In this document: positions 9,449 through 17,214 of the stretch, one piece after another
How positions within the stretch are numbered: the first letter of the stretch is position 1
Layout: each line of letters opens with the position of its first letter
Assembly: GCA_963667785.2 (NCBI GenBank)
Contig: CAXXMU010000006.1
Coordinates: 576,001-640,000, forward strand
Length of the DNA stretch: 64,000 bases
DNA from: Alphaproteobacteria bacterium
GTDB lineage: Bacteria; Pseudomonadota; Alphaproteobacteria; UBA828
Direction of reading: 5' to 3'
Made by a program: the position numbers and the translations under genes
Notes under the pieces: generated by a model
The model's input: the letters and a program-made list of their open reading frames with translations, nothing else
Databases searched by the model: none
Told to the model about the DNA's origin: nothing

Positions 9449-10609
9449 CTAGCCGGCCCCGCCGACCATGATGGCCTGACCGGGCCGGAGGCGCTCGTTG
9501 CCGCGCACCACGACCGGCTCGCCCGGACCCAGTCCGCCCAGCACCTCGAACCGGCCGCCCACGGCATCGCCGAGCTGGACGGGACGGATCTGCGCCTGGC
9601 CGTCCTCGGCGACATAGACGAAGGCCTGGCCCTGGTTGCGGACGATGGCGTCCTTGTGCACGGTGAGCACCTGGCGGCCGGGGCCGGCCGGCAGCACCAC
9701 CGTCAGCGACTGATTGACCGCAAGCGGCTTGCTGACCGCGCCAAAGAGCGGGGTGAACCTGACCTGTCGGGTGCGGGTGAGGGCGTTCTCCTCCGGCACG
9801 ACGGCGCGGACCGTCGCCGTATGCTCGGTGCCGTCATCGAGAACGATGGAGACGGACGTGCCGGCCTCCAGCCCCGCGATCCGGCTCGACGGCACGTCGG
9901 CCTCGACCTCGAGGTCGCCGTCGTTGACCAGGGAGACGACCCGGTCGCCGACGCCGAGCCAGGCGCCGACCTCGGTGTGAACGAGGGTGATCACGCCCGG
10001 GTAGGGCGCCGCGATCGTGGCCCACGAGAGGTCGATCTCGGCCAGCGACAGGCCTGCGGACGCGCTGACCCGGGTCGCGTCCGCCGTGCCGATGGCGCTC
10101 TCGGCGATGATCACTTCCTGGCGCGCGTCCTCGAAGCGGCTCTGGCTGAACGCCGCCGAGTTCCTGAGCCCTTCGAGGCGTCGCATCTCCTGACGGCGGA
10201 GCGCCGCCTGCGCCGTCAGCCTCTCCACCTGGGCCTGCGCCTCGTTGACGAGGGCCGCAAGCCGGTCGCGCTCGGAGCGGAGACGGACGGTGTCGAGCAC
10301 GGCGATCGTGTCGCCCGTCGCCACGCGGTCGCCGACGGTGACGTGGAGCCGGGCGACCGGGCCGGCGGTCCGTGCCGCGACCTCGCCGGCCCGCAGCGCG
10401 ACCAGGCGCCCGATCACCGGCACGGTCTGCACCGTGGCCTCCATGCGCACCTCGTCGACGGAGACCACGGCGGGCGGCTGCTGGGCGCGCCCCTCGGGCA
10501 CGTCCGCCCCGAGCCAGAGCCAGGCGGTCGCGGCTGCGGCCAGGACGGCGGCGGCGACGCGCGCAAGGCCGGGACGAGGCGGGCGTCCGTGGCGGCGGCG
10601 GGCGTGCAT
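9449..10609 (-). CDS. RND periplasmic adaptor (membrane fusion protein)
   Basis: N-terminal anchor, lipoyl half-motifs (VTVGDRV, IAAPYPGVI), coiled-coil hairpin; directly upstream of the RND gene. Confidence 0.93.
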   Translation of the reverse strand: MHARRRHGRPPRPGLARVAAAVLAAAATAWLWLGADVPEGRAQQPPAVVSVDEVRMEATVQTVPVIGRLVALRAGEVAARTAGPVARLHVTVGDRVATGDTIAVLDTVRLRSERDRLAALVNEAQAQVERLTAQAALRRQEMRRLEGLRNSAAFSQSRFEDARQEVIIAESAIGTADATRVSASAGLSLAEIDLSWATIAAPYPGVITLVHTEVGAWLGVGDRVVSLVNDGDLEVEADVPSSRIAGLEAGTSVSIVLDDGTEHTATVRAVVPEENALTRTRQVRFTPLFGAVSKPLAVNQSLTVVLPAGPGRQVLTVHKDAIVRNQGQAFVYVAEDGQAQIRPVQLGDAVGGRFEVLGGLGPGEPVVVRGNERLRPGQAIMVGGAG

Positions 10610-11058
10610 CAGGCCTCTCTCCCCTCAGCGGGGCCTGCGCCGGGCTGCGGCACGGCGGACACGGCACGCTCGATGGCGACCTTCTCCGGCGACGCCATGC
10701 GCCCGCTCGCCCGCGCGTCGGCGGGCCGCATGAAGAGCAGCTCGAGCGGCTCGCCGGGGGGCGTCACCGGCTCGCCGTCGCCTCTCACCTCGTAGAAGAG
10801 GGGCGTGTAGAGGCCGTGGATCCAGTGGCTGTAGAGGGTGCCCGGCGCGTGCAGGAGGCGGATCGGCTCGACTTTCAGGCTCCCCTCCTCCACGAACTCG
10901 CGCCTGAGCGCCTCTTCGGGCGTCTCTCCGGGCTCGACCGCGCCGCCGGGAAGCTTCAGCACATCGCGCCCCCCCACCCGCTCTGCCGCGATCAGCAGGC
11001 GATCGTCGCGCAGCAGCACGCCATAGACGCGCAGATTCGCCGGGCCCTGCAGGGTCAC
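10609..11058 (-). CDS. Nudix hydrolase
   Basis: Nudix box LPGGAVEPGETPEEALRREFVEE; GTG start at 11058 with GGAGG RBS. Confidence 0.88.
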   Translation of the reverse strand: MTLQGPANLRVYGVLLRDDRLLIAAERVGGRDVLKLPGGAVEPGETPEEALRREFVEEGSLKVEPIRLLHAPGTLYSHWIHGLYTPLFYEVRGDGEPVTPPGEPLELLFMRPADARASGRMASPEKVAIERAVSAVPQPGAGPAEGREA

Positions 11059-11210
11059 GATCCCTCCCCCTTCATCCTGCGGCGCGTAGCATGCAGCCTG
11101 CCGCCCGCCGTTTCTACACGAAGCGCGGTCGTCGGTCACAAGGGCGCCGACCGGCGAGAGACGCATGGCGCCTCGGCCCGGGCCGGGCTATAAGCCCCGG
11201 CGGAGGAACG

Positions 11211-12266
11211 ATGGCAGAAACGCTCCGAAGCGACGCCGCGGTCGGCATCATCGCCAATCCCGCCGCCGGCCGCGACATCAGGCGCCTGGTCGCCCAGGCA
11301 TCGGTGTTTCCGATCGCCGAGAAGCGCAACATGATCACGCGCATCTTCGCGGCGCTGGGCGCCGTCGGCGTGCACACCTGCTACCTGATACCCGACGAGA
11401 GCGGAATCGCCGACCGGGTGAAGCGGGCGGTCGGGCTGGGCCCGCCCGAGGGGCAGAGGTGGCCCGAGGTGGCGTTTCTCGACATGCCGATCGAGGAATC
11501 GCCGGCCGACACGCTCGAGGGCACCGCCCGCATGGTGGAACGCGGCGTCGGCGGGATCATGGTGCTCGGCGGCGACGGCACCAACCGGCTGGTCGCCCAG
11601 GCCTGCGACGGCGTGCCGCTCACCTCGCTCTCCACCGGCACCAACAACGTCTTCCCCATGATGCGCGAGGCGACCATCGCCGGACTCGCGGCGGGCCTGG
11701 TGGCGACCGGCGCGCTCACGCGTGACGAGGCCGCGCGCCGCAACAAGCTGCTCCGGGTGACGGTCAACGGCACGCCGCGCGACATCGCGCTTGTCGACGT
11801 GTGCGTCAGCGGCGCGGCATGGACCGGCGCGAAGGCGCTGTGGCGCGCGGACGCGCTCGACCAGCTCTTCGTCACTTTCGCCGAGGCCGACGCCATCGGC
11901 CTCTCCTCCATCGCGGGCCTGCTGCGCCCGGTCTCGCGCGACGCGGCGCACGGCGTCGCCCTCGACCTGGCCGCGGCGCCGGGCGCGGCGCGGCGGGTAT
12001 CGGCGCCGCTCGCGCCGGGGCTGATGGCGGAGATCGGGGTCGAGCGGGTATGCGACATCGAAGCCGGCGTCCCCCATCCCATCCGGCTCACGCGGGGCGT
12101 GGTGGCGCTCGACGGCGAGCGCGAAATCGCCTTCGGCCCCGACGACAGGATGGCGGTGGTGCTGGAGCCCGACGGCCCCTTCACGGTCGAGGTGCCGCGC
12201 GCCATGGAGCTCGCGGCCCGCAGCGGACTGCTGGAGCAGGGCGCGGCCACCAGCCTCCAGGGGTAG
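11211..12266 (+). CDS. ATP-NAD kinase-family protein (AcoX-like)
   Basis: GIIANPAAGRDIRRLVA, LGGDGTNR, STGTNNVFP and ALDGERE motifs; GGAGG RBS before ATG 11211. Confidence 0.85.
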   Translation: MAETLRSDAAVGIIANPAAGRDIRRLVAQASVFPIAEKRNMITRIFAALGAVGVHTCYLIPDESGIADRVKRAVGLGPPEGQRWPEVAFLDMPIEESPADTLEGTARMVERGVGGIMVLGGDGTNRLVAQACDGVPLTSLSTGTNNVFPMMREATIAGLAAGLVATGALTRDEAARRNKLLRVTVNGTPRDIALVDVCVSGAAWTGAKALWRADALDQLFVTFAEADAIGLSSIAGLLRPVSRDAAHGVALDLAAAPGAARRVSAPLAPGLMAEIGVERVCDIEAGVPHPIRLTRGVVALDGEREIAFGPDDRMAVVLEPDGPFTVEVPRAMELAARSGLLEQGAATSLQG

Positions 12267-12317
12267 CCCGCAGCGCAGCGCAGACCATGACCATGGTGAG
12301 AAATGCGGGTTAAGGGC

Positions 12318-12345
12318 TTGCCCGGCGGCAGGCTTCCGCTAACAT
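12318..12345 (+). promoter_or_regulatory. Putative sigma70 promoter for the small membrane gene and EamA pair
   Basis: TTGCCC-N16-TAACAT. Confidence 0.35.
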
Positions 12346-12372
12346 GCGCGGCGGTAACCGACGGGGGCAGCC

Positions 12373-12645
12373 GTGTCGTCTTCGAGCAACCATCGATTCC
12401 GCGGATTGCGCCGGCTGTGGCGCTCCGGCGAAGGGCCGGCGCTGCTGGCTTCGCTGCTCTTCTGCGTCATCACGAGCATCTTCATGGCGGACATGCTGCC
12501 GGCGGAAGACGGCTACGGCATGGTCGGGGTCCTCTTCATCTACGTCACGGTGTTCGTGCTGGTGTCGGGAATCTTCCGCATGATACTCGCGCCGGTGATG
12601 CGGCGGTGGGTGAACCCCCGCACGGGGAGCGAAGACGCGGCCTGA
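12373..12645 (+). CDS. Small two-TM hypothetical membrane protein
   Basis: Two hydrophobic segments; fills the gap before the EamA genes. Confidence 0.6.
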   Translation: MSSSSNHRFRGLRRLWRSGEGPALLASLLFCVITSIFMADMLPAEDGYGMVGVLFIYVTVFVLVSGIFRMILAPVMRRWVNPRTGSEDAA

Positions 12646-12683
12646 CGGCCTGACCGCGCCGTCGGCAGTCGCGCGCGCGCTTC

Positions 12684-13679
12684 TTGTCCCTCCAGGAGCC
12701 TCCGCCAGCTAGCGACCTCTCCGCGATCCGACACGGACGCGCCCGCCGCTGGGCCGCGCGGCCGGCGGGGTTCTGGCTTGCGGTCGCGCTGCTCTTCCTC
12801 ACCGGCATCCTCTACGGACTGAGCTATTCGCTCACCGGCGTCGCCATCGCGAACGGCGTGCCCTTCACCAGCTTCGTGCTCTGGATGGGCATGGGCGGCG
12901 CTGCAGTCTCCCTGCTGATCGCGCTCGCCCAGGGGCGGCCGCCGCCGCTCTCGTGGCGCCACGTGAGCTCGTACACCGTCGCCGGCGTCTCCGGCTACGG
13001 CGTGCCCTACCTCACCGTGGGCTACGTCAGCGGCGAGGGCGTGCCGGCGGGCATCATCAGCATGCTCGTGGCGCTCTCGCCCATCCTCACCTATGCGGGC
13101 GCGCTCGCGTTCAGGCTGGAGGCCGTCTGGTGGCCGCGGGTCCTCGGCTTCGCCATCGGCATCGTCGGCGTCGCGCTGCTGGTCGTGCCCGAGACGAGCC
13201 TGCCGTCCCGCGAGCTGGTGCCGTGGATCCTGCTCACCCTGATGCTGCCCATCGGCTACGCGACGACCAGCCTCGCCACGGCGCTGCTGCGCCCGCCTGC
13301 AACCGAATCGCTCCACTTCGCGTTCGGCTTCTTCTTCTTCGGCTCGCTGCCGATCCTCGCGCTGACCGCGGCGACCGACGGCTGGTGGTGGTTCGACGGC
13401 CGGATGGACCCCGGCGACTGGGCGCTGATCACCGTCATCTTCGTCCAGGCCCTCGGGATCTACCTGTTCGTCGAGCTGATCCGCTTCCTGGGGCCGGTGT
13501 TCTTCTCGACGGTGAACTTCATCGTCGCGCTCGCCGGCATCGGCTGGGGCTTCCTGTTCTTCGGCGAGCGCCACAGCCACTGGGTCTGGCTCGCGCTGCT
13601 CTGCCTCATGGTGGGTGTCTTCTTCGTGATCCTGCGCCGCCGCGAGCGGCCGGCGCAGGCCGAGGACGCGCCGGGCTAG
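12684..13679 (+). CDS. DMT/EamA-family transporter
   Basis: About 10 hydrophobic helices, duplicated EamA architecture; start uncertain. Confidence 0.85.
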   Translation: MSLQEPPPASDLSAIRHGRARRWAARPAGFWLAVALLFLTGILYGLSYSLTGVAIANGVPFTSFVLWMGMGGAAVSLLIALAQGRPPPLSWRHVSSYTVAGVSGYGVPYLTVGYVSGEGVPAGIISMLVALSPILTYAGALAFRLEAVWWPRVLGFAIGIVGVALLVVPETSLPSRELVPWILLTLMLPIGYATTSLATALLRPPATESLHFAFGFFFFGSLPILALTAATDGWWWFDGRMDPGDWALITVIFVQALGIYLFVELIRFLGPVFFSTVNFIVALAGIGWGFLFFGERHSHWVWLALLCLMVGVFFVILRRRERPAQAEDAPG

Positions 13680-13736
13680 ACGCCCGCCGGGGGGCGGCGC
13701 CGACCCCGCTCCCCGCCGGCCGGCACAGTCTCAGCC

Positions 13737-14612
13737 ATGTCGATCGCCCATACCGCGCTGGTAATCGCCGTGACCGGCTTCTGGGGCTTCACGTTCGTGG
13801 TCATGCGGGAGCTGCTCGACGTCCTGCCGCCCCTGATGCTGGCCGGGCTCCGGGTGGCCACCGCCGCGCTACCGGTGCTCGTGCTCATCCGGCCGCCCGC
13901 GATCCCCTGGTACTGGACCGTCGGCATGGGCCTGAGCCAGGGACTGGTGCAGATGGCGCTGCTGCTGTTCGGCATCGATGCAGGCATGCCGGCGGGCCTC
14001 AGCTCGCTCGTGCTGCAATCCCAGGTGTTCTTCACCACCTTCTTCGCCTTCGTGATCCTGGGCGAGAAGCCGGGGCGCGCCCAGTATGCCGGCATCGCCG
14101 TCTCCGGCGCCGGCATGGCGATCATCGGTCTCACGCTGCCGGGCGGGCCGACGCTTGCGGGCCTCGGCTTCGTCATCGGCGCGGCGGTGAGCTGGGCAAT
14201 CTCCAACATGATCATCAAGCTGGCCGGCACCGACGATCTGCTGCGGCTGCTCGCCTGGGCGCACCTCATCGGCGTGCTGCCCCTGCTCGCGCTCTCCTAC
14301 GTTTTCGAGGGCGGGGCGGCGGCCTTCATCGCGCTCACCGATATCGGCTGGATCACCATCGGCGAGCTGTTCTTTCTCGGGCTGATCTCCACCTGCTTCG
14401 GCTTCATGCTGTGGAGCTACCTGCTGCGCCGCTATCCGGCCTACCTGGTGACGCCGTTCTCGCTCGTCATCCCCGTCGCGGGCCTTATCAGCACCGCGCT
14501 GCTGCTCGACGAGAGCCTGGGGCCGACGCGGCTGGTCGGCGTCGGGCTGGTCTTCCTGGGGCTCGTGTTCGGCACGGTCGGTTTCCGTCCCCACCGCCGC
14601 GCGCGGCCGTAG
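13737..14612 (+). CDS. EamA-family transporter (EamA/YdeD-like exporter)
   Basis: FWGFTFVV, GMPAGLSSLVLQSQVFFT and VTPFSLVIPV motifs. Confidence 0.88.
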   Translation: MSIAHTALVIAVTGFWGFTFVVMRELLDVLPPLMLAGLRVATAALPVLVLIRPPAIPWYWTVGMGLSQGLVQMALLLFGIDAGMPAGLSSLVLQSQVFFTTFFAFVILGEKPGRAQYAGIAVSGAGMAIIGLTLPGGPTLAGLGFVIGAAVSWAISNMIIKLAGTDDLLRLLAWAHLIGVLPLLALSYVFEGGAAAFIALTDIGWITIGELFFLGLISTCFGFMLWSYLLRRYPAYLVTPFSLVIPVAGLISTALLLDESLGPTRLVGVGLVFLGLVFGTVGFRPHRRARP

Positions 14613-14703
14613 AGGCGCGTACCGCACACACGGCGCGCGCGACACTGGCGACCGCGGCGCCGGGCGGGTACTCTCCGGTCCGATCACCCGGAAAGGACGC
14701 GAC

Positions 14704-15570
14704 ATGCTCGCCCGCACCCTCGCCGCAACAGGACTGGCGCTCGCTCTCGCCGTGGCCGCCGCAGGGCCGGCACCGGCGGAAACCGTCTGCGATCCCGACA
14801 AGGCGGGTGAAGGCGAGTGCGATCCGGGCACCGCCGGCGGCGCCGCGGCCGAAGGCGCCGCCGCCCCCGCCGTCGTCACCCACGATCTGCCGGTGGACGC
14901 GATCCGGCAGATCATTCGCGACTACCTCCTCGAGAACCCGGAGGTGCTGGTCGAGGTCCAGCAGGCGCTGCAGGCCAAGCAGGACGCGGCGGAAGCGGAG
15001 CAGGCGCGGCAGGCCATCGAGCGTCATCGCGACGAGATTTTTTCCGACCCGGAGGCGCCGGTCGCGGGCAATCCCGAGGGCGCGATCACGCTGGTCGAGT
15101 TCTTCGACTATCGCTGCGGCTACTGCAAGCGGGTGAAGCCGACCCTGGAGACCCTGCTCGCGGAGAACGACGACCTGCGCCTCGTCTACAAGGAGTTTCC
15201 GATCCTCGGGCCGGAATCGGCCGAAGCGGCGCAGGCGGCATTGGCCGCGCGCGCGCAGGGCCTCTACGAGCCGTTTCACTGGGCGCTGCTGGAGGTCGAG
15301 GGCGCGCTCGACTCCGCGACCATCATGGAGGTCGCCCGCTCCGTCGGCCTCGACAGCGAGCGGCTCGCGCGCGACATGGAGGACCCCGCCATCACCGACG
15401 TGATCGCGCGCAACTACGCGCTCGCCGACGCCCTCGGCATAAGGGGCACGCCGGGCTTCGTCATCGGCGACCGCCTGATCCGCGGCGCGCTGCCGATCGC
15501 GCGCTTCCGCGCCGCCATCGCCGATGCGCGCGCGGCCCTGGAGGACGGTGCCGGCGCCGCAGCCAACTAG
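14704..15570 (+). CDS. DsbA-family thiol-disulfide oxidoreductase (ScsC/Com1-like)
   Basis: Signal peptide, IRDYLLENPEVL helix, EFFDYRCGYCK active site, GIRGTP cis-Pro loop. Confidence 0.92.
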   Translation: MLARTLAATGLALALAVAAAGPAPAETVCDPDKAGEGECDPGTAGGAAAEGAAAPAVVTHDLPVDAIRQIIRDYLLENPEVLVEVQQALQAKQDAAEAEQARQAIERHRDEIFSDPEAPVAGNPEGAITLVEFFDYRCGYCKRVKPTLETLLAENDDLRLVYKEFPILGPESAEAAQAALAARAQGLYEPFHWALLEVEGALDSATIMEVARSVGLDSERLARDMEDPAITDVIARNYALADALGIRGTPGFVIGDRLIRGALPIARFRAAIADARAALEDGAGAAAN

Positions 15571-15643
15571 CCCCCTTTTCGTTCAGACTCGATCGCGGCG
15601 AGTTGCCGCGGGTGCCCACTCCCGGTGCGGTGCCGCCCGCGCT

Positions 15644-15753
15644 TCCCCCACCTCACCCCGGCCCTCTCCTCCCCGTCGGGGAGGAGAGGGAGTAACGGGC
15701 GTCGACGCTTTCTTTCCCCCTCCTCCTGGGAGGAGGGGGTAGGGGGAGGTGGG
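15644..15753. repeat. RIME/REP-like palindromic intergenic element, copy 2 (~110 bp)
   Basis: Same double-hairpin structure as 5285-5393; differences cluster in the central spacer. Confidence 0.9.
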
Positions 15754-15832
15754 AGGCGTTCGGATCGTCGAGAACCCGGCAGGTCGGAAGACTCTCTCTG
15801 CCGCGCTCGCGACCTTTATGCGCCGCTACCGA

Positions 15833-15870
15833 CCGGGGACCCCGGACGATGGTGCGGTGCAAAGCGCGGG
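15833..15870 (+). repeat. 38-bp dispersed leader element, copy A
   Basis: CCGGGGACCCCGGACGATGGTGCGGTGCAAAGCGCGGG; 33/38 identical to the reverse complement of 62005-62042. Confidence 0.8.
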
Positions 15871-15931
15871 CGGCGGGGGCTCCAATGGCCGGTTCGCGTA
15901 CCGACGCAAATACCGACGGAAAGGAGCCATC

Positions 15932-16813
15932 GTGGCCAGCAGGAAACAGATCAGGGCCAACCGCCGCAACGCCCGCAGGAGCACCGGGCCGAAGACCGCC
16001 GCCGGCAAGGCGGCCTCGGCCGCCAACGCCCTCCGCCACGGCCTCAGCGCCGCAGACACCGTGGTGCTGCCGGACGAGGATGTCGAGGCCTTCGAGGAGA
16101 TGCAGCGGGGCGTGCTCGCCGACCTCGACCCCAAGGACACGCTCCAGACGGTGCTCGCCCAGCGCATCGTCGTGCTGCTCTGGCGCCTCGACCGCGTCGC
16201 CCGGCTGGAGGCCGAGCTTTTCGTCCACGGCACCCTCGAGTGGCGTAGCGACAGGTTGAGCGTGGCGGGGCGGCGGGGCGCCGTGCGGGGCGCTCTCGTC
16301 CGCATGCAGCGGGAGGGGCACGAGTCCGCGGACGCGTTCCGCGAAGTCATGGAGGAGACGGACCGGGTCGATGACGACATCCAGGACGAGATTCTGAGGC
16401 GGGCGCCCTCGGCGCGGACCCTGGTGGAGCGGGACGAGAGCGGCAAGGCGTTCGACCGCCTGGCGCGGCACGAGGGAGCGCTGCAGCGCGCGCTGCACCG
16501 AACGCTGGAGGAGCTCGGCCGGCGTCGCCGGGCGTGGAGGCGGCAGGCGACGGGCGATCCCGATTTCGGGCCGTCCCGCTTCGAGGGCACCGAGCCGCCG
16601 TGGGAGGGAGATGTGCCTGACGAGGGCGAGGCCGATGCCCTTGCCGCTCAGGCGGGCGAGAACGGGTTTCTGCAAAACGAAGCCAATTCGGCGCAAGCCC
16701 TTGATGCCGCAGCCTCTTCGCCCCGCTCGCCCGCCTCGCCCTCCGTCGCCGATTCGCCGGAGATCCTGACGACCGGCCCGCCCGCGTCCTGGGGCACGCT
16801 TCCCGCCCCCTGA
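15932..16813 (+). CDS. Hypothetical protein with N-terminal ANRRNA-STGPKT-NALRHGL motif (related to HGGxSTG-type, mobile-element-associated proteins)
   Basis: AAGGAG RBS and GTG 15932; motif KQIRANRRNARRSTGPKTAAGKAASAANALRHGL; helical LARHEGALQRALHRTLEEL; C-terminal LQNEANS. Confidence 0.8.
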   Translation: MASRKQIRANRRNARRSTGPKTAAGKAASAANALRHGLSAADTVVLPDEDVEAFEEMQRGVLADLDPKDTLQTVLAQRIVVLLWRLDRVARLEAELFVHGTLEWRSDRLSVAGRRGAVRGALVRMQREGHESADAFREVMEETDRVDDDIQDEILRRAPSARTLVERDESGKAFDRLARHEGALQRALHRTLEELGRRRRAWRRQATGDPDFGPSRFEGTEPPWEGDVPDEGEADALAAQAGENGFLQNEANSAQALDAAASSPRSPASPSVADSPEILTTGPPASWGTLPAP

Positions 16814-16890
16814 GACGCGCCCGGCGGCCGGTCCGCCGCCGCCGCAGCGGGGAAGAAAGCGCCGGAGAGGGGGGAGCCGGCGAGCGGCGC

Positions 16891-16921
16891 AAAGAAGAAG
16901 GGCGGGCCCGAAGGCCCGCCC
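16891..16921 (-). terminator. Rho-independent terminator of the amt operon
   Basis: Minus strand GGGCGGGCC-TTCG-GGCCCGCCC followed by TTCTTCTTT. Confidence 0.8.
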
Positions 16922-16950
16922 CGCAAGAGTGCGTCGTCGGACGTGCGAGG

Positions 16951-17205
16951 TCAGGTCTTGATCTGGACCTCGTCCGCCGTCGCGATCGCGCCGGTGGCAT
17001 GGTGCATGGCGCGCTCCATGCCGACCTCGCGGTAAAGCTTCACCGCCTCGCGATACTCGACCTCCTCCTGGCGTATCTGGAAGCAGTGCCAGATGAGCCA
17101 GAGGGCCACGAGAATGCCGAGCATCGCCGTCTCGGCGCCCACGCCTGGATACATGGCGCCGATATCGGCAGGATTGCTGAAGGAGTCCAAGCCGGTGGAA
17201 GCCAT
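16951..17205 (-). CDS. Small single-TM protein downstream of the Amt gene
   Basis: AGGAGG RBS, 9-nt gap after the Amt stop, GAMYPGVGAE followed by a TM helix. Confidence 0.8.
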   Translation of the reverse strand: MASTGLDSFSNPADIGAMYPGVGAETAMLGILVALWLIWHCFQIRQEEVEYREAVKLYREVGMERAMHHATGAIATADEVQIKT

Positions 17206-17214
17206 CTTCGCCTC

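Noticed and set aside
16900-16921. Near-identical hairpin to 48391-48413 as a dispersed repeat
   Set aside because: Both are explained as GC-stem cUUCGg intrinsic terminators.
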